From Guillardia theta CCMP2712 (Eukaryota; Protista; Cryptophyta): a DNA stretch of 64,000 nucleotides. The notes under the pieces are model-generated. The model did not search any database. It had not been told where the DNA came from and saw only the letters and a list, made by a program, of their open reading frames with translations. The translations under genes were made by a program, and so were the position numbers. The stretch is taken from NCBI RefSeq assembly GCF_000315625.1, contig NW_005434626.1, forward strand, positions 321,448-385,447. The letters are read 5' to 3'. Positions 48,486 through 61,549 of the stretch are shown piece by piece (within the stretch, counting starts at the first letter, position 1; each line of letters begins with the position of its first letter).

Positions 48486-49431
48486 GGAACCCACGACGCA
48501 CTCCCCCTTCTGCTGGTAAAGAGCAAATTTAGGCTTGACGGGAAGGCTTGTTTGACATGAAGGTTACCTGTATTCTATCTGCTGCATCCCCCCCCCCCCA
48601 TTTACACACATACACCCTCGCTCGCTCTGCTGCTCGCTCTGAATCTGTTTCTGTTGCTCCCTTCCCTACCGTCCCTACCTCCCTTCCCCCCTCCCTTCCC
48701 CCCTCCCTCCCTCCTCCCTTCCCCCCTCCTTTCCCCCCTCCCTTCCCCCCTCCCCCGACACTTTATGGTGAGTCTCAGCAGTATTGTACCCAGCATTGTA
48801 CCGGGATTTGTAGGATTCGAAGTAGGTTCAATACTTTTCCTGTACAGCTAATGGGATCTAGGTAGGATTCAATGTGTTACACATTTTTTTTCTGTCAAGT
48901 TTATAGTTCAAACTATAAATTGGACTGAGCGAAAATTCATGTTTTAAAACTAAAATCTTTTTGACTATATTTGCTGACATTTTACTCAAAATTAAGCCTC
49001 TAATAATAAGAATAGCTAGTTTGGGAATTGAATCTATGTACTGATCCTTGTTCCCCTGCTTGTCGTGCCTGCTGTCGCTTGCGTGGTTGGAGTAGCGGTT
49101 TTCGCTGCCTCCTCCGTTTTTCAGTGTTTCATTGAGGCGGTCTTGTTTGATTTATCCTCGTCCTCCTTTGTTTGCTCCGGTTTGCTTTTCTTTTTCAGTC
49201 CATAAAAAACTAATTGAATCACCACGGTGTTCATGTATGTTTCATAGTGATCCAGCCGAGACGTTTTTGCTGACACTCGTGCCATATCGTTTGATTCTTC
49301 TGTTATGCCTTGTCTCCAGTTTTCTAACTTGGCGTTATTCTGAGTAATATGAAACTCGTGATAGTACTCCCTTCGCGTATATCGGTACTGTTTTGGTTTT
49401 TCTTGACCATGTATTTGCTTGATACCGCATA

Positions 49432-49797
49432 TCAGTACATTGCGACCAGGATCGATTGCAATAATTCGTCTTGAAGAAACAAGGTTGGATGCAATGGCGT
49501 TACTGCTCGGCCAAACAAGGCTTCCAGGTTCATATTCGATTCCTCTTCAAGCTTCTTCTTCTTCTCGTCCTTATTCATCATAAAGAAGAAAAGGAGTCCT
49601 GCCACTGATACTACAAGGAAGGCTTTAAAGACCGTCATCTCCGTATCCCTTAGACTCTGAAGGATGACAAATTTCCCATCCAATGGATCAAAGACGACCT
49701 GTACGTCGTCATAGACATCCGCATTGGTGACCCTCCTCCTGTGGAAGTTTCCCATCACGGCGAGCATGATGACCAAAACAATGTCATCATCATTCAC
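49432..49797 (-). CDS. Small intronless membrane ORF, possibly of viral/foreign origin (start uncertain)
   Basis: VYDDVQVVFDPLDGKFVILQ..VFKAFLVVSVAGLLFFFMMNKDEKKKK; lies directly downstream of the Cys-repeat pseudogene on the same strand. Confidence 0.4.
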   Translation of the reverse strand: MNDDDIVLVIMLAVMGNFHRRRVTNADVYDDVQVVFDPLDGKFVILQSLRDTEMTVFKAFLVVSVAGLLFFFMMNKDEKKKKLEEESNMNLEALFGRAVTPLHPTLFLQDELLQSILVAMY

Positions 49798-49824
49798 TAT
49801 GCTTGAGTTCGGAAAGGTGGACGT

Positions 49825-50150
49825 CTACACATATGGCCGATTACAGTGTGCAGAAGCAATGCCAGCATACCCCGACTCGTGTGCTCATAAACGGATCGGG
49901 ACAGGCAGTACACTTGTGCGTGACGTGGCAGCGGAGGCATAGTACCCCAGTTGGCAAGGGGTGCACACGCTGTTTACACCGTGACACGGATACCGTACCC
50001 TCGAACCCATCATCGCAGAAGCAGTCTGCAACCGATGTACTCCCCGCTCAGTGCGCTGGTGGAATTTCCAGGACAGGCATAGCATGCCGGGAACAGGTTG
50101 CAGCGCTGCTCACGATAAGTCCCCGCGGGACAGATACTGCAGAAGTACTG
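49825..50150 (-). pseudogene. Frameshifted Cys-rich repeat (GCC2_GCC3/ephrin-receptor-like) gene fragment
   Basis: Removing three micro-insertions restores YFCSICPAGTYREQRCNLFPACYACPGNSTSAAGSTSVADCFCDDGFEGTVSGVNSVCTPCQLGYYASAATHKCTACPDPFMST. Confidence 0.8.
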
Positions 50151-50689
50151 CCCCTCTCCCCTCCCTCTACCCATCAACCCCTTCCAACTCCTGCCATGAG
50201 CTCCCTCTTTCCTTCAAGGCTTCCCCCTCATGGACTTCCTCCCGTACGGCCTCGACTCCGCCGCTGACCCCGCCTTCGTGTCCCTCCCCTTCCCCCCTGC
50301 CAGCCTCTACTCCAAATGCAGCTCCTCGACCTCTCCCGAATGCTCTCGTCGTCGCACACGACGATTACACTTCCTATCTCCCACCTCCTACCTTGCCCTG
50401 CTCGCGGGCCTTTCCCGACGATCTGAGGGCCCTCGGGGCCCTCCGACGAGGACGATGAATCCGATCCCGGCTTCCTCGACCTCCTGCGGCAGGAGGGAGG
50501 AGGGTGAAGAACCGGGGGAAGATCCTGAAGAGGATCAGGGACCGAGGCCTGATTGCAGGAAGATGTCCGGTTGAGAGCTGTAGGCAGGATTTTGAGTTGT
50601 CACACGAGTATAAGGATCTTGGAGACTGAGCCTTCTGTTCATCGCCTGTGCGTTTGAACAGCGCTCAAATTCTCCGAACAGCAGCACTC

Positions 50690-51320
50690 ACTGATGCAGT
50701 GCGGTCACAGTGGCAGCATCAATCATCCGCCGCCGGCCCCAAAGCCCCCGTGTGATTGTCCCATCTCAGCTGCCCGCGGCCAGAAGCCTTTGTCACAGTG
50801 TTGTGGCTTCACAGAGTCAAGGCTTCCGGCGCCCAGCGGCCCGGGCCGGGACAGCCGGGTGCCGGGCTGCCGCGCGCGGCAGTGCCCGGTGCCATATGCC
50901 ATGATACTCCACGGTATCCGCCTCGGCCCTGCGCGGCGGAGCCTGAGCCTCGCCGAGCCTGCCGGACTGTCGGTCCCGGGCCGGGCGCGGCGAGACCCGG
51001 TGACCCGGCGGCCCGCCGGGCCGGGCGGTGCGGCCCGGCCCCGGCGCCGGTGCGGCGAGCCGCCTCCCGGCGAGAGGAGTCCGACGGGCCCGAGTGCCAG
51101 TGCGACGGTCCGACCGTCCCGACGATAGCCAGTACGGTACGGTCCTTTCAACCGTTGAACTGACGGCCCTGTGAACGGCGCCGCCGCCGGTCGAGGCCCG
51201 GGCGTTGGAGCGCCCGGCCCGGCGCCCGACCGGCGGCCGGGCCCGGCCGGAACTCCTCGGAGCCTCGGAGTGCCGAGGCCACTGGCAGTGGCCTGACATC
51301 TTTTGGAGAGCCTCGGAGGA
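50690..51320. other. GC-rich micro-palindrome block (right side of island)
   Basis: ggcccgggccgggacagccggg, ccggtgacccggcggcccgccgggccggg, agtacggtacgg, ccactggcagtgg. Confidence 0.65.
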
Positions 51321-51409
51321 GCCCTAAAAAAAACATTATGAGACATAAATATATTATATATATCAATCTTCTTTCACCCCTAGTAAACAAGTAGATAATG
51401 TTGGAAAAG

Positions 51410-52330
51410 AGAGGGGTGGGGTGAGCAGGGGTCGGATGGGCTGCCACCCGTTGCTGGTCGATCAGTATGGTATAGAATACTTTTTATTCATCATCCCGAG
51501 AAGACTCTTTTTCAACCAGCAATTAAACCGAATTAATAACTCTTTCGTAGTTTCATCTACGACCTACAAACATCTTTACAGCCTGTGATCGCAACTCACC
51601 ATAGTACCCCTATGTTATATTTGATAAATAGGGGTGTGTTTCATTCTGCATTTAATATGTTGTTTTATATTTATAAAAGATATTGAATACCCACCCTTGG
51701 GATTAGCACCCCTTTCATCTCCTCCACCCACCCCAACCCATTCCTGTACCCCCGGCAGTCATTTAGCACCCTACCGCCCAGATACAAATCGAGCTCGACA
51801 GACTACCCAGGTCGTTTCACCCCACCACCCCTAGTCCGTCCCAGTCTCAACAAAAGTCGCAGGGTGACTACAACCCACCAATTTCAGCCATGACGCTTCA
51901 TATACCAGGGTATACCTCTTACCTCAATTAAAGTCCAATTGACCTCCAATTCATTTTCCATATGCTATCATATCTCACTTTCTACAAATTAAACCCGCCT
52001 ACCCCACCATACTGAATATCGCCTTCCGCACCCTAGGGTTACAGACCGTAACACAACCCATTGCCATGCAACATCTTGACTACCCACCGGGCATGTCCTA
52101 TGAAAGTACCCACCCTTTTCACCAAGAGTACCCCACCGAAACCTCCGAATTCAGGACCCCCACCTCCCGGAGAGAACATTTTATCCCACACTTCCGGTAT
52201 GACCAGGGATAAGTTGCCTACCCCTACCCTCAATATTTTGTATACACCCTGCTTTTCTGATCTCCAGTTACAGAAAAGTACCCCTAGTATTCTGTGAGTA
52301 CCCCCTAGTCTGATCACCCCACCCCCTCAA
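51410..52330. repeat. ACCCC motif array (C on + strand; right bracket of island)
   Basis: gtacccc, tacccaccc, cacccaccccaaccc, ctacccc, gagtaccccc, caccccaccccc, upstream of a + strand gene. Confidence 0.65.
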
Positions 52331-52671
52331 ATTCGATGCTTCCCGCCATCTGTCTCCCGCCCCCAATCCACGCCATCTCATCAGACTCGCTCGTCTCCTG
52401 CCCGCTGCTCCGCTACCTCCTCCTCTTCCTTCACTTCCATCCATACAAGATCTCCTGCTCTCTCCCTCTCCCCTCTGTTGGTCCCTTTCTCCCTCTCATC
52501 TCATCATTCAGCTCTCAGGCTCGTCCTGCTACGCCTGCGGAAGTGAGTAGGGAGCGTGGCGACGGCAGGGACGCAACAGGGTTACCCAGAGGACGATGAA
52601 GTAGACTTGCTCTCTGCAATTCTTTAACTGCTCTAGATCATTAAGAAAGTCGCCGTGTGGACACAGAAAGC

Positions 52672-53250
52672 ATGTCGTTGAGATTTCTAGTCGTGTTTCT
52701 TGTGCTCGTCTTGGGGGGATGCTGGTCGGAAGCCGATGACCGGATCACGTGGATCGATGTCGGAAGGAAGGGAAACTGGAGCGACGAGACTTCTTGGAAC
52801 ACCATGAGGGTGCCTTCAATGCAAGATGCCGTGAGGATCCGCTCAGGCTTCGTCTACATCGACCGAGACCATGCCGTCACCTCCCTGGAGGTTGCAGGCG
52901 AGCAGGACAAGCCAGTGCACTTGGAAGTACCCTCAGCAGGGAAGCTGCTCGTGGACGGATCTTTGCGTTTTGAAAATGTGAATCTGGTCATCGACGGGAC
53001 GGTGGAGGTAACGGGTGATGTGGATATCGGCACTGGGACAGAGATCAGTGGTGAGTCAAATCAGTTTTCAGCCTTTTGATTCGTTTGACATGATGTTGCA
53101 GGCAATGGGCTCTTTGTTGTGCACGGGAAGTTTGACACAGGAGATCTTCTCAAGCTGTTCAACTCCGGCGTGCAGATCAAGGTGCAACCTGGCAGACTGT
53201 TGTGGGCGCAAAGGCTATGGTTCGGGCACGCAGCGCATCTGATCATCTAG
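52672..53250 (+). CDS. Small secreted beta-rich protein (G8-like/beta-helix N-terminal WS motif), 2 exons, 175 aa
   Basis: Signal MSLRFLVVFLVLVLGGCWSEA; ITW...GNWSDETSW...VPSMQDAVRI; intron 53051-53101 keeps frame to a TAG at 53250. Confidence 0.65.
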
Positions 53251-53499
53251 TGATGGTCATGATTTTTCTTTAGCTGTTTTTGTGTGAAAGCCCTGTGGGA
53301 GCATTCTTTTGTTGTTGTTTGGAAGTGTAATTTTAGTGATTCGGTAAACAAGCTCTGGAAAATGGCGTCAACTTTGGTCCAATCTTGTCCCAAAGATTTG
53401 TTTGGGAGAAAGATTGAGGTAGAGAGGTCTTCGGTATAAAGATGATGACACCGTAGAGAGCTTGGTACATACTTCCCATCACGGCTCAACGAAGTGCTC

Positions 53500-56367
53500 C
53501 TTTACGAGACGAGATCAGTTCTGTCATCACTTGCCAGCAGCATTCTGACCAACACAGTCAGCTGGAAAAAGAAGGGTAGGACAAGGCAAACCTGATCCGT
53601 GATGTTGCAGCAAGAGTTGGTCAGACACTGGTTGTCATCACACACTGCACAGGAAAATGAGTTGAGGGATTTGCGACAAGAATACTAGTCAACCGAGGTC
53701 AGCGCAGTTGGAAAGATTCTTGGACAGATGCTCAACCCTGAAACAAACATCACTTTCATTCCCATCACAAGTGCCAGTGACATGTCACCTTGCACAACCC
53801 GAGGAGGAGGGAAGGTGCGAGCAATCGGCTGCACTCTCGCACATGGAGATGATTTCGGTCTGGATAGTACTCGAGTGGATGTTGTTACTTGGATAACACG
53901 TCAGAGCCCCGCCGTAAGAGCCCAGCACAAGCTCACCTGTGAAGCAGCTGCTTGATTCTGTCAACAGTCGCCGTCACCTCATGGGTGGATGTCGTTTGCA
54001 TCACGACGTGGACGGTGCAGAGAGCAGTGCTCTGCCAGCAACGCTCAATGCCTGGACAAGCTTGTCTCCCCCCCCCTCCTCCACACACACACACACACAA
54101 CATCCTCCCTCCTGTCCATCCCCCCCCCTTTCCTCCGTCCCCCGCCCTCCTCCTTTCCGTCCTCTCCTTCATATCATCCCATCCTCCTCTTTCGCTTCCA
54201 TCTCTCTTCTAGTCACCTGATTGAGCCGCCAGATGTGAAGCTCATGGACCTCGAGGACGCCCTCAACGCGTGAGAGAGATTCCTGCAACAGCGATGAGGC
54301 AGAGGAGGCGACCAGAAGACGCAAGTACATGCAGCGAGTCCACGTCTTGAATCTCCTCGCTTATGAGGGAAGGTGCCTGAAGCGAGTGTCATCAGCAACG
54401 ACATGTCCACGACTCGATCCGTTGGCTCACCGTCTCCATGAGGATCAAGGCCGTATCTTTCACCAGCGGGATGGTTTGGACCAATATGATCGCCACCATT
54501 ACCTGCAATGCCGGTATGAGGAGGAGGATCTAGAAGAGAGACGGGTCGACCAAGCTCGTGATCGGGTCTGCCATGAATCTGTAATCTCCCCATGATTTGG
54601 CATACTGCAGACAACTGGTCAGGAGCACGAAAACTGCCGAACACAGACTTACTTTGATCAAACTTGCGTTCAGGATGACAATCGCTGAGCCCAGCGCGTC
54701 TCCCATGACATGCAGGTACATGCTCCACTCGTTCATGTTCTGAAGGTTGTGTCACACCCTCCTCCACACTTTTCTTCCTCCTCATAACCGAATGGCCTTC
54801 GTGCGCATGTCCTTCACCAGAATTCGCATCTGAAGAATGATGATCGTGGTTGACAGAGTCTGCAGAAGAGGAGCAAGAAATAAGACATGATCTTGCGTTG
54901 AATATCATCACCATCTGAGTCAGAACTGCCATGGGCATGCATGTGGACATCGCCTTGAAGAATCTTTTCAGCTCCTGCCAACCTCCCCTCACTCTTCACC
55001 GCTGCCATGCGAGTGTCCATGAACTTTGCTCGACTTGTTGCCATGACTGTGCCCATGGCTATGAACGTGGTTGTGTCCTCCTCCTCCTGCACATTAAGCC
55101 ATCATTCTTCCACCTGAAGCCTCGGCAAATCGAGGAGTTTACCGCCATGGCTGTGGCCGTGGCCTCCAAACACGCACATTCCCAGCAAATTGATCAACAA
55201 GCCGACAGTTCCAACAACGATGATCTGACGGAGCGGAGCACAGCAGTGAGCTCAATCAAGACGATCTGACTATCACTTACTTGATCCGCATTGTTTTCAA
55301 GATCTTCTGAATTTTCTCTTCCTGCAATCTAGCAATCAGAGGCATCTACCCCTTCTCCTCCAGCATCACCTAATCCAAACAATTTCTCAATGGCCTCAAG
55401 CGAAATTGTAAAGCAGACAGCCAAGAGGAAGCATCCGTTTGCTAGCGCCCCTGCCAGAGGTATATGGTGAGGAGAAAGACAGGTATCCGCAACACGTGCA
55501 GCATGACGAGATTGAACGTGTCTAACCAACAATCTCTGCTCGCTTCCATCCAAAAGACATGTCGTTGGTTCTCGACCTAGGGAATTCATTACAAAAACAA
55601 GGAGAGTGGAAACAGATCACCTTGTTGAGACTTTCGCGACCCAATACCCACACAAGATGGCAACAACATCAGTGAGCATGTGAAAAGCGTCGGCAAGCAA
55701 GGCAAGAGATCCACTCAGGACCCCAAAAACCTTGCGTGGAGAAAGTTAGCCGCACTCAATAGCACATGCAGCACAGTACCATCTCAGCTACGAGATAACA
55801 GGTCGACAGCACCAACATCGTCAGGAACTTCCTCGATGACTTCTCAGAGGCCTGCATCGGATGATCACATACAATGCATTGGAACATCTCCTCTCTACCA
55901 TCTTGAGCTTCCAGGTTGAACCCAGATCGTTCTCAAGATCTCTTCTCCTCTTTGGGTTGAGCACTGAAAGAGAGTCAGCAATCTTACATTGACTGAGCAA
56001 TGCATACCGAGAGCTACTTCGGGCGCATTGACCATGCCGTCCTGGTCCACACAATGCACCTCGTCGCCCAAGGCTCGCGACATGGCACCAGAGTGTGCAT
56101 GGCCATGGCTGTGGCTGTGCTCTTGGCTGTGGCCGTGCTCTTGGCTGTGGCCGTGCTCATGGCTGTGGCCGTGCTCGTGGCTGTGGCCGTGCTCGTGGCT
56201 GTGGCCGTGCTCGTGGCCAACTCCTCCACGCGATTCGCCTCCACCATGCTCCTGAGATGTAGGCTGCTCTGTCTCTGCGAAGCTCACAATAAGATTTCCA
56301 AGTGGAGGTGTAGCTTTGGGAGATTAGGACCTTGATCTCGGTTTTTAGGTAAAAGCTGCTCCTTCAT
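53500..56367 (-). CDS. Cation diffusion facilitator zinc transporter (ZnT1/SLC30A1-like); 3' end approximate
   Basis: SLALLADAFHMLTD, GALANGCFLLAVCFTISLEAIEK, His-rich loop, MYLHVMGDALGS, ADPITS, GVLEVHELHIWRL, IHSSTIQTE, Cys-rich tail. Confidence 0.92.
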
Positions 56368-56784
56368 GCCCTGTCGTCCTCGTGGTTTCGGCATTTCTCT
56401 GTTGGGTGAAAGCAAAAGCAATCAATCAACATTTCGTGCAATTTGTAGCTGATAAGCATCATCACGGGTTGAATTCGCAAACACAAGAATCTATCATATG
56501 TCTAGGCACTATAATGTCTTGCATGTTACTAATACTCTTGATCCTCATTGTATCCACACAAAACGCTTGTTATCTTCGGGCAAGCTACACGCATCAGTTC
56601 GACTTGTCAAGATCAAGATGGCAAATCATCAAAGTTTCCATCTATTCCCTTCTAGATTGCATCAATCTTGTCGTCTCTTTCTTTCCTTCTCTTGGCTCAT
56701 CTGCATCCCCTTCTCCTCGTTCTCCCTCCCACACCATCGCCGCTGCATTCCTCTAGCCGGATCGCTCTGAGGCGGATCTTCAAC

Positions 56785-57215
56785 GTGACGGGTAGGGGTC
56801 CTTTCTATGGAATATCATGGGTAGGGTACATTCAGTAGGGGTAGTGTATACGCTCATTCAGTAGAGGAAGGTAGGGGTTGTGAAAGAATGTTGGGGTTGT
56901 CAGAGAATTGGGGGGTGGGGGTAATATTTTTGCCGAATAGATCAGGGGGTAGGGTAGTAGATGATTTTCCAGGGGTCAAATAGGGGGAAAGTGGGGTAGT
57001 AGACCATGTTCAGAGTTTGTGAGTGAGGAATAAGGGGGTGGGCTGGAGTAATGTTGAAAAAATTTATTAGTTGGGGGTGAGACAAAAATGAGGGGTTCTG
57101 GGATTGATGTATAAACTGATAGGGTACTAAGTCGGTATTTATCAGGGGTACTCAGAGTTGTCTCAGGGGTTCAGAGAGGATTTCAGGGGGTGGGGTGATC
57201 CATGCGACCCACCCC
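56785..57215. repeat. GGGGT motif array in the ZnT / guanylate kinase divergent promoter
   Basis: gggtagggg, ggggtag, ggggggtgggggta, ggggtac, gggggtggggtg; followed by a short cccggcccggcccggcccgg block at ~57263-57290. Confidence 0.65.
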
Positions 57216-57359
57216 TCTTCAGTCGGCCGCTGTGTTACCCTCAGTGCAGCTCAGTTGCCGCTGCCCGGCCCGGCCCGGCCCGGCACCGGTTTCTGGGTCA
57301 TAGCGGGGATGAGGGAGAATTTTGTCTCTGACATCATCCCAGCAGGAGCTTGCTGTTCT

Positions 57360-57540
57360 AATCTCCTCTCCCTCCTTCTCCTCTCCCTCCTTCTCGTCTC
57401 CCTCCTTCTCGTCTCCCTCCTTCTCGTCTCCCTCCTTCTCGTCTCCCTCCGTCTCCTCTCCCTCCGTCTCCTCTCCCTCCGTCTCCTCTCGTCTCCCTCC
57501 GTCTCCTCTCCCTCCGTCTCCTCTCCTCTCCCTCCCTCCT
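57360..57540 (+). repeat. Degenerate 15-bp pyrimidine tandem repeat (CTCCCTCCTTCTCGT-like)
   Basis: Directly visible. Confidence 0.85.
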
Positions 57541-57802
57541 CCTTTTCTTCCAGCACAATCCTTGTTTTCCCTTCCATGTCCCTCCTTTTTGACCAAAAAT
57601 GCCCTTATCAACTTGATCCTCATCATAAATTCTCCAACAACCTCCCCATATCGGCCTTGGATGTTATCCCATCAAACATTCCAACAATCTACAATGACTT
57701 CCTCGACATCAAGCCTTTGAGCGGGAGAATCCTTTGGATCCTTTCGAAGCACAACCCATCTTGGAGGAGTCAGTGAACCGGCGGTTGACTTGCTCATGCA
57801 GG

Positions 57803-59881
<2,079 letters not shown>

Positions 59882-60116
59882 GGCAACGATGAGAACAAGC
59901 GTGTGAATGAGTGTGAGACAACATTTGAAATCTAGTAGATTCATTTACCGCTGATTCTAAATTCTCCAAGAAATTGCTTACACACCCAAGTAATAAGAAC
60001 GAGAGCAAAGTTAAAATTTCAGTTTGCGATATCTCCCGTTACGCACGAAACAACAACCCCCGACATCTGCGATGTATGCCGGAGGTTTTCTCGTGGCACC
60101 GCACGGACTAGTCCGT

Positions 60117-60335
60117 TTACTTCCTGCGGTAGAAGTAGTCCCACTGACGACGAGCGCGGCGCCAGTCATCGTACGAGGCCTGAGCGTTGGCGAGGTAGTA
60201 GGCGTCCTGAGCCTTCATGTAGTAGAAGCGAGCAGTCTTGTTGAAGTCTGCCGCCTGAGCGTACAACGCAGCCGCGTGCTTTCCGTAGAGTTGCTCAAGC
60301 ATCGCCTGCCAGTTGATATCAGATCGAGTCGTCAT
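60117..60335 (-). CDS. Small (72 aa) Ala/Tyr/Arg-rich hypothetical protein
   Basis: Intronless ATG..TAA ORF with mostly C/G-ending codons in AT-richer surroundings. Confidence 0.55.
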   Translation of the reverse strand: MTTRSDINWQAMLEQLYGKHAAALYAQAADFNKTARFYYMKAQDAYYLANAQASYDDWRRARRQWDYFYRRK

Positions 60336-61319
60336 GAAGTTCAGAGTTGTTGTCTTCTACTATTTCTTCTACGAAGATCGCAACACGTAATCCCATTCCA
60401 TTGCAAGCTAAGCCAAGATATCCACGTCACCATCGTGCGGACCCACCATCTGAAGAATGCATTGGACTAACACAGAGAACATGAATAGCTACAATATCTT
60501 GAAGTAGTGATCTTCATACCAGGCATGAAACAGAAAATCATTGAAAAATGCAGGGCAATCCCAATCTAACGAGAAAAATCTTTTCCAAGACCGAAGAGGC
60601 ACGTGGGATGCACATCATCGAAATCGACACCAAGATATGCCAGTGATATAATATTTGAGACAGCAGAATATTCATGTAAAGATTTCATGTGGTATTACTG
60701 TGTTGCACACATTGGATCATGAAACAACCATATTCTGTTTTTCGTGCACTCCTTCACGACACACAACATGGGACGGAGTCTAGAAACATCACAATCCATC
60801 CAGCAGCGCAATGACAACAACATTCATGCCTAAGATAACAAGTACTTTGGCATCGGATGAATGTCAAGAAGAACAAGTTCGGTCACAGGGCTTTTATCGC
60901 CCTAGACAAGAACGCGGCAATAACATATGCCTTGTTCAAGGAGTCGATACCTACCAAACCATCCTGTCTTGTTGTCTACTTCCCTCTTATGCCAGCACAG
61001 CATTCATCTTCTTGTCTAGGATCGTCTCATTCTACTTCTTGCGCTCGCATCATCGCGAGACACCCTTCCTCGCACTCCCTTCTCGCGCCATTCTTCGCGT
61101 CTATTCCACCAAGAGCCAACCTGAAGAGTCAGCCTATAAAAATATTTTTCATTTTGTACTGTGAGAAGTGACTCTATTTTTTGATATACAAATTCCGCTT
61201 TACTTACAAATTTTGTACGGCTCCAAATTGGTACGGTGGGTAAACTAAAAATCCAAATGGTGTGATCAATTTGCCCTGTGCTGCTGCTATGCCCAAAGTT
61301 GAGGCGGACTTCAAGGCTT

Positions 61320-61440
61320 GAGTTATTCAGGGACTCAGCGGCCGGGCTGCGCCCGGGCCAGCAACTCACTCAGTGACTGACTCAGTGAGTCAGTTCAATC
61401 ATGGCCGCCCGGCAGGATTTCACCGGTCTTTGTACTAGTT
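61320..61440. other. Short micro-palindrome block
   Basis: gggactcagcggccgggctgcgcccgggcc, ctcactcagtgactgactcagtgagtcagt. Confidence 0.55.
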
Positions 61441-61549
61441 CAATGATAGTCACTACGGAGTACTTCATCATCGGAGTTGCCGCACATTGGAAAGTTCATC
61501 CGACACTGTAATCATACCGTGCCATGATAGATGGTCTACATGGCATCAT

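Noticed and set aside
50694-51346. Multiple overlapping Arg/Pro/Gly-rich ORFs (also 43776-44506 and 2132-2620)
   Set aside because: They arise from extreme GC content; no domain features or splice structure
53700-54273. + strand ORFs as continuation of the secreted protein
   Set aside because: They are antisense to conserved CDF C-terminal exons (GVLEVHELHIWRL, IHSSTIQTE)
60117-60335. Ejectisome/R-body (Reb-like) protein
   Set aside because: Lacks the Reb-type VNSQITD..APA motifs; the size similarity alone is insufficient
60811-61171. ORFs of 104-117 aa upstream of the small gene
   Set aside because: No codon bias, motifs or convincing splice sites
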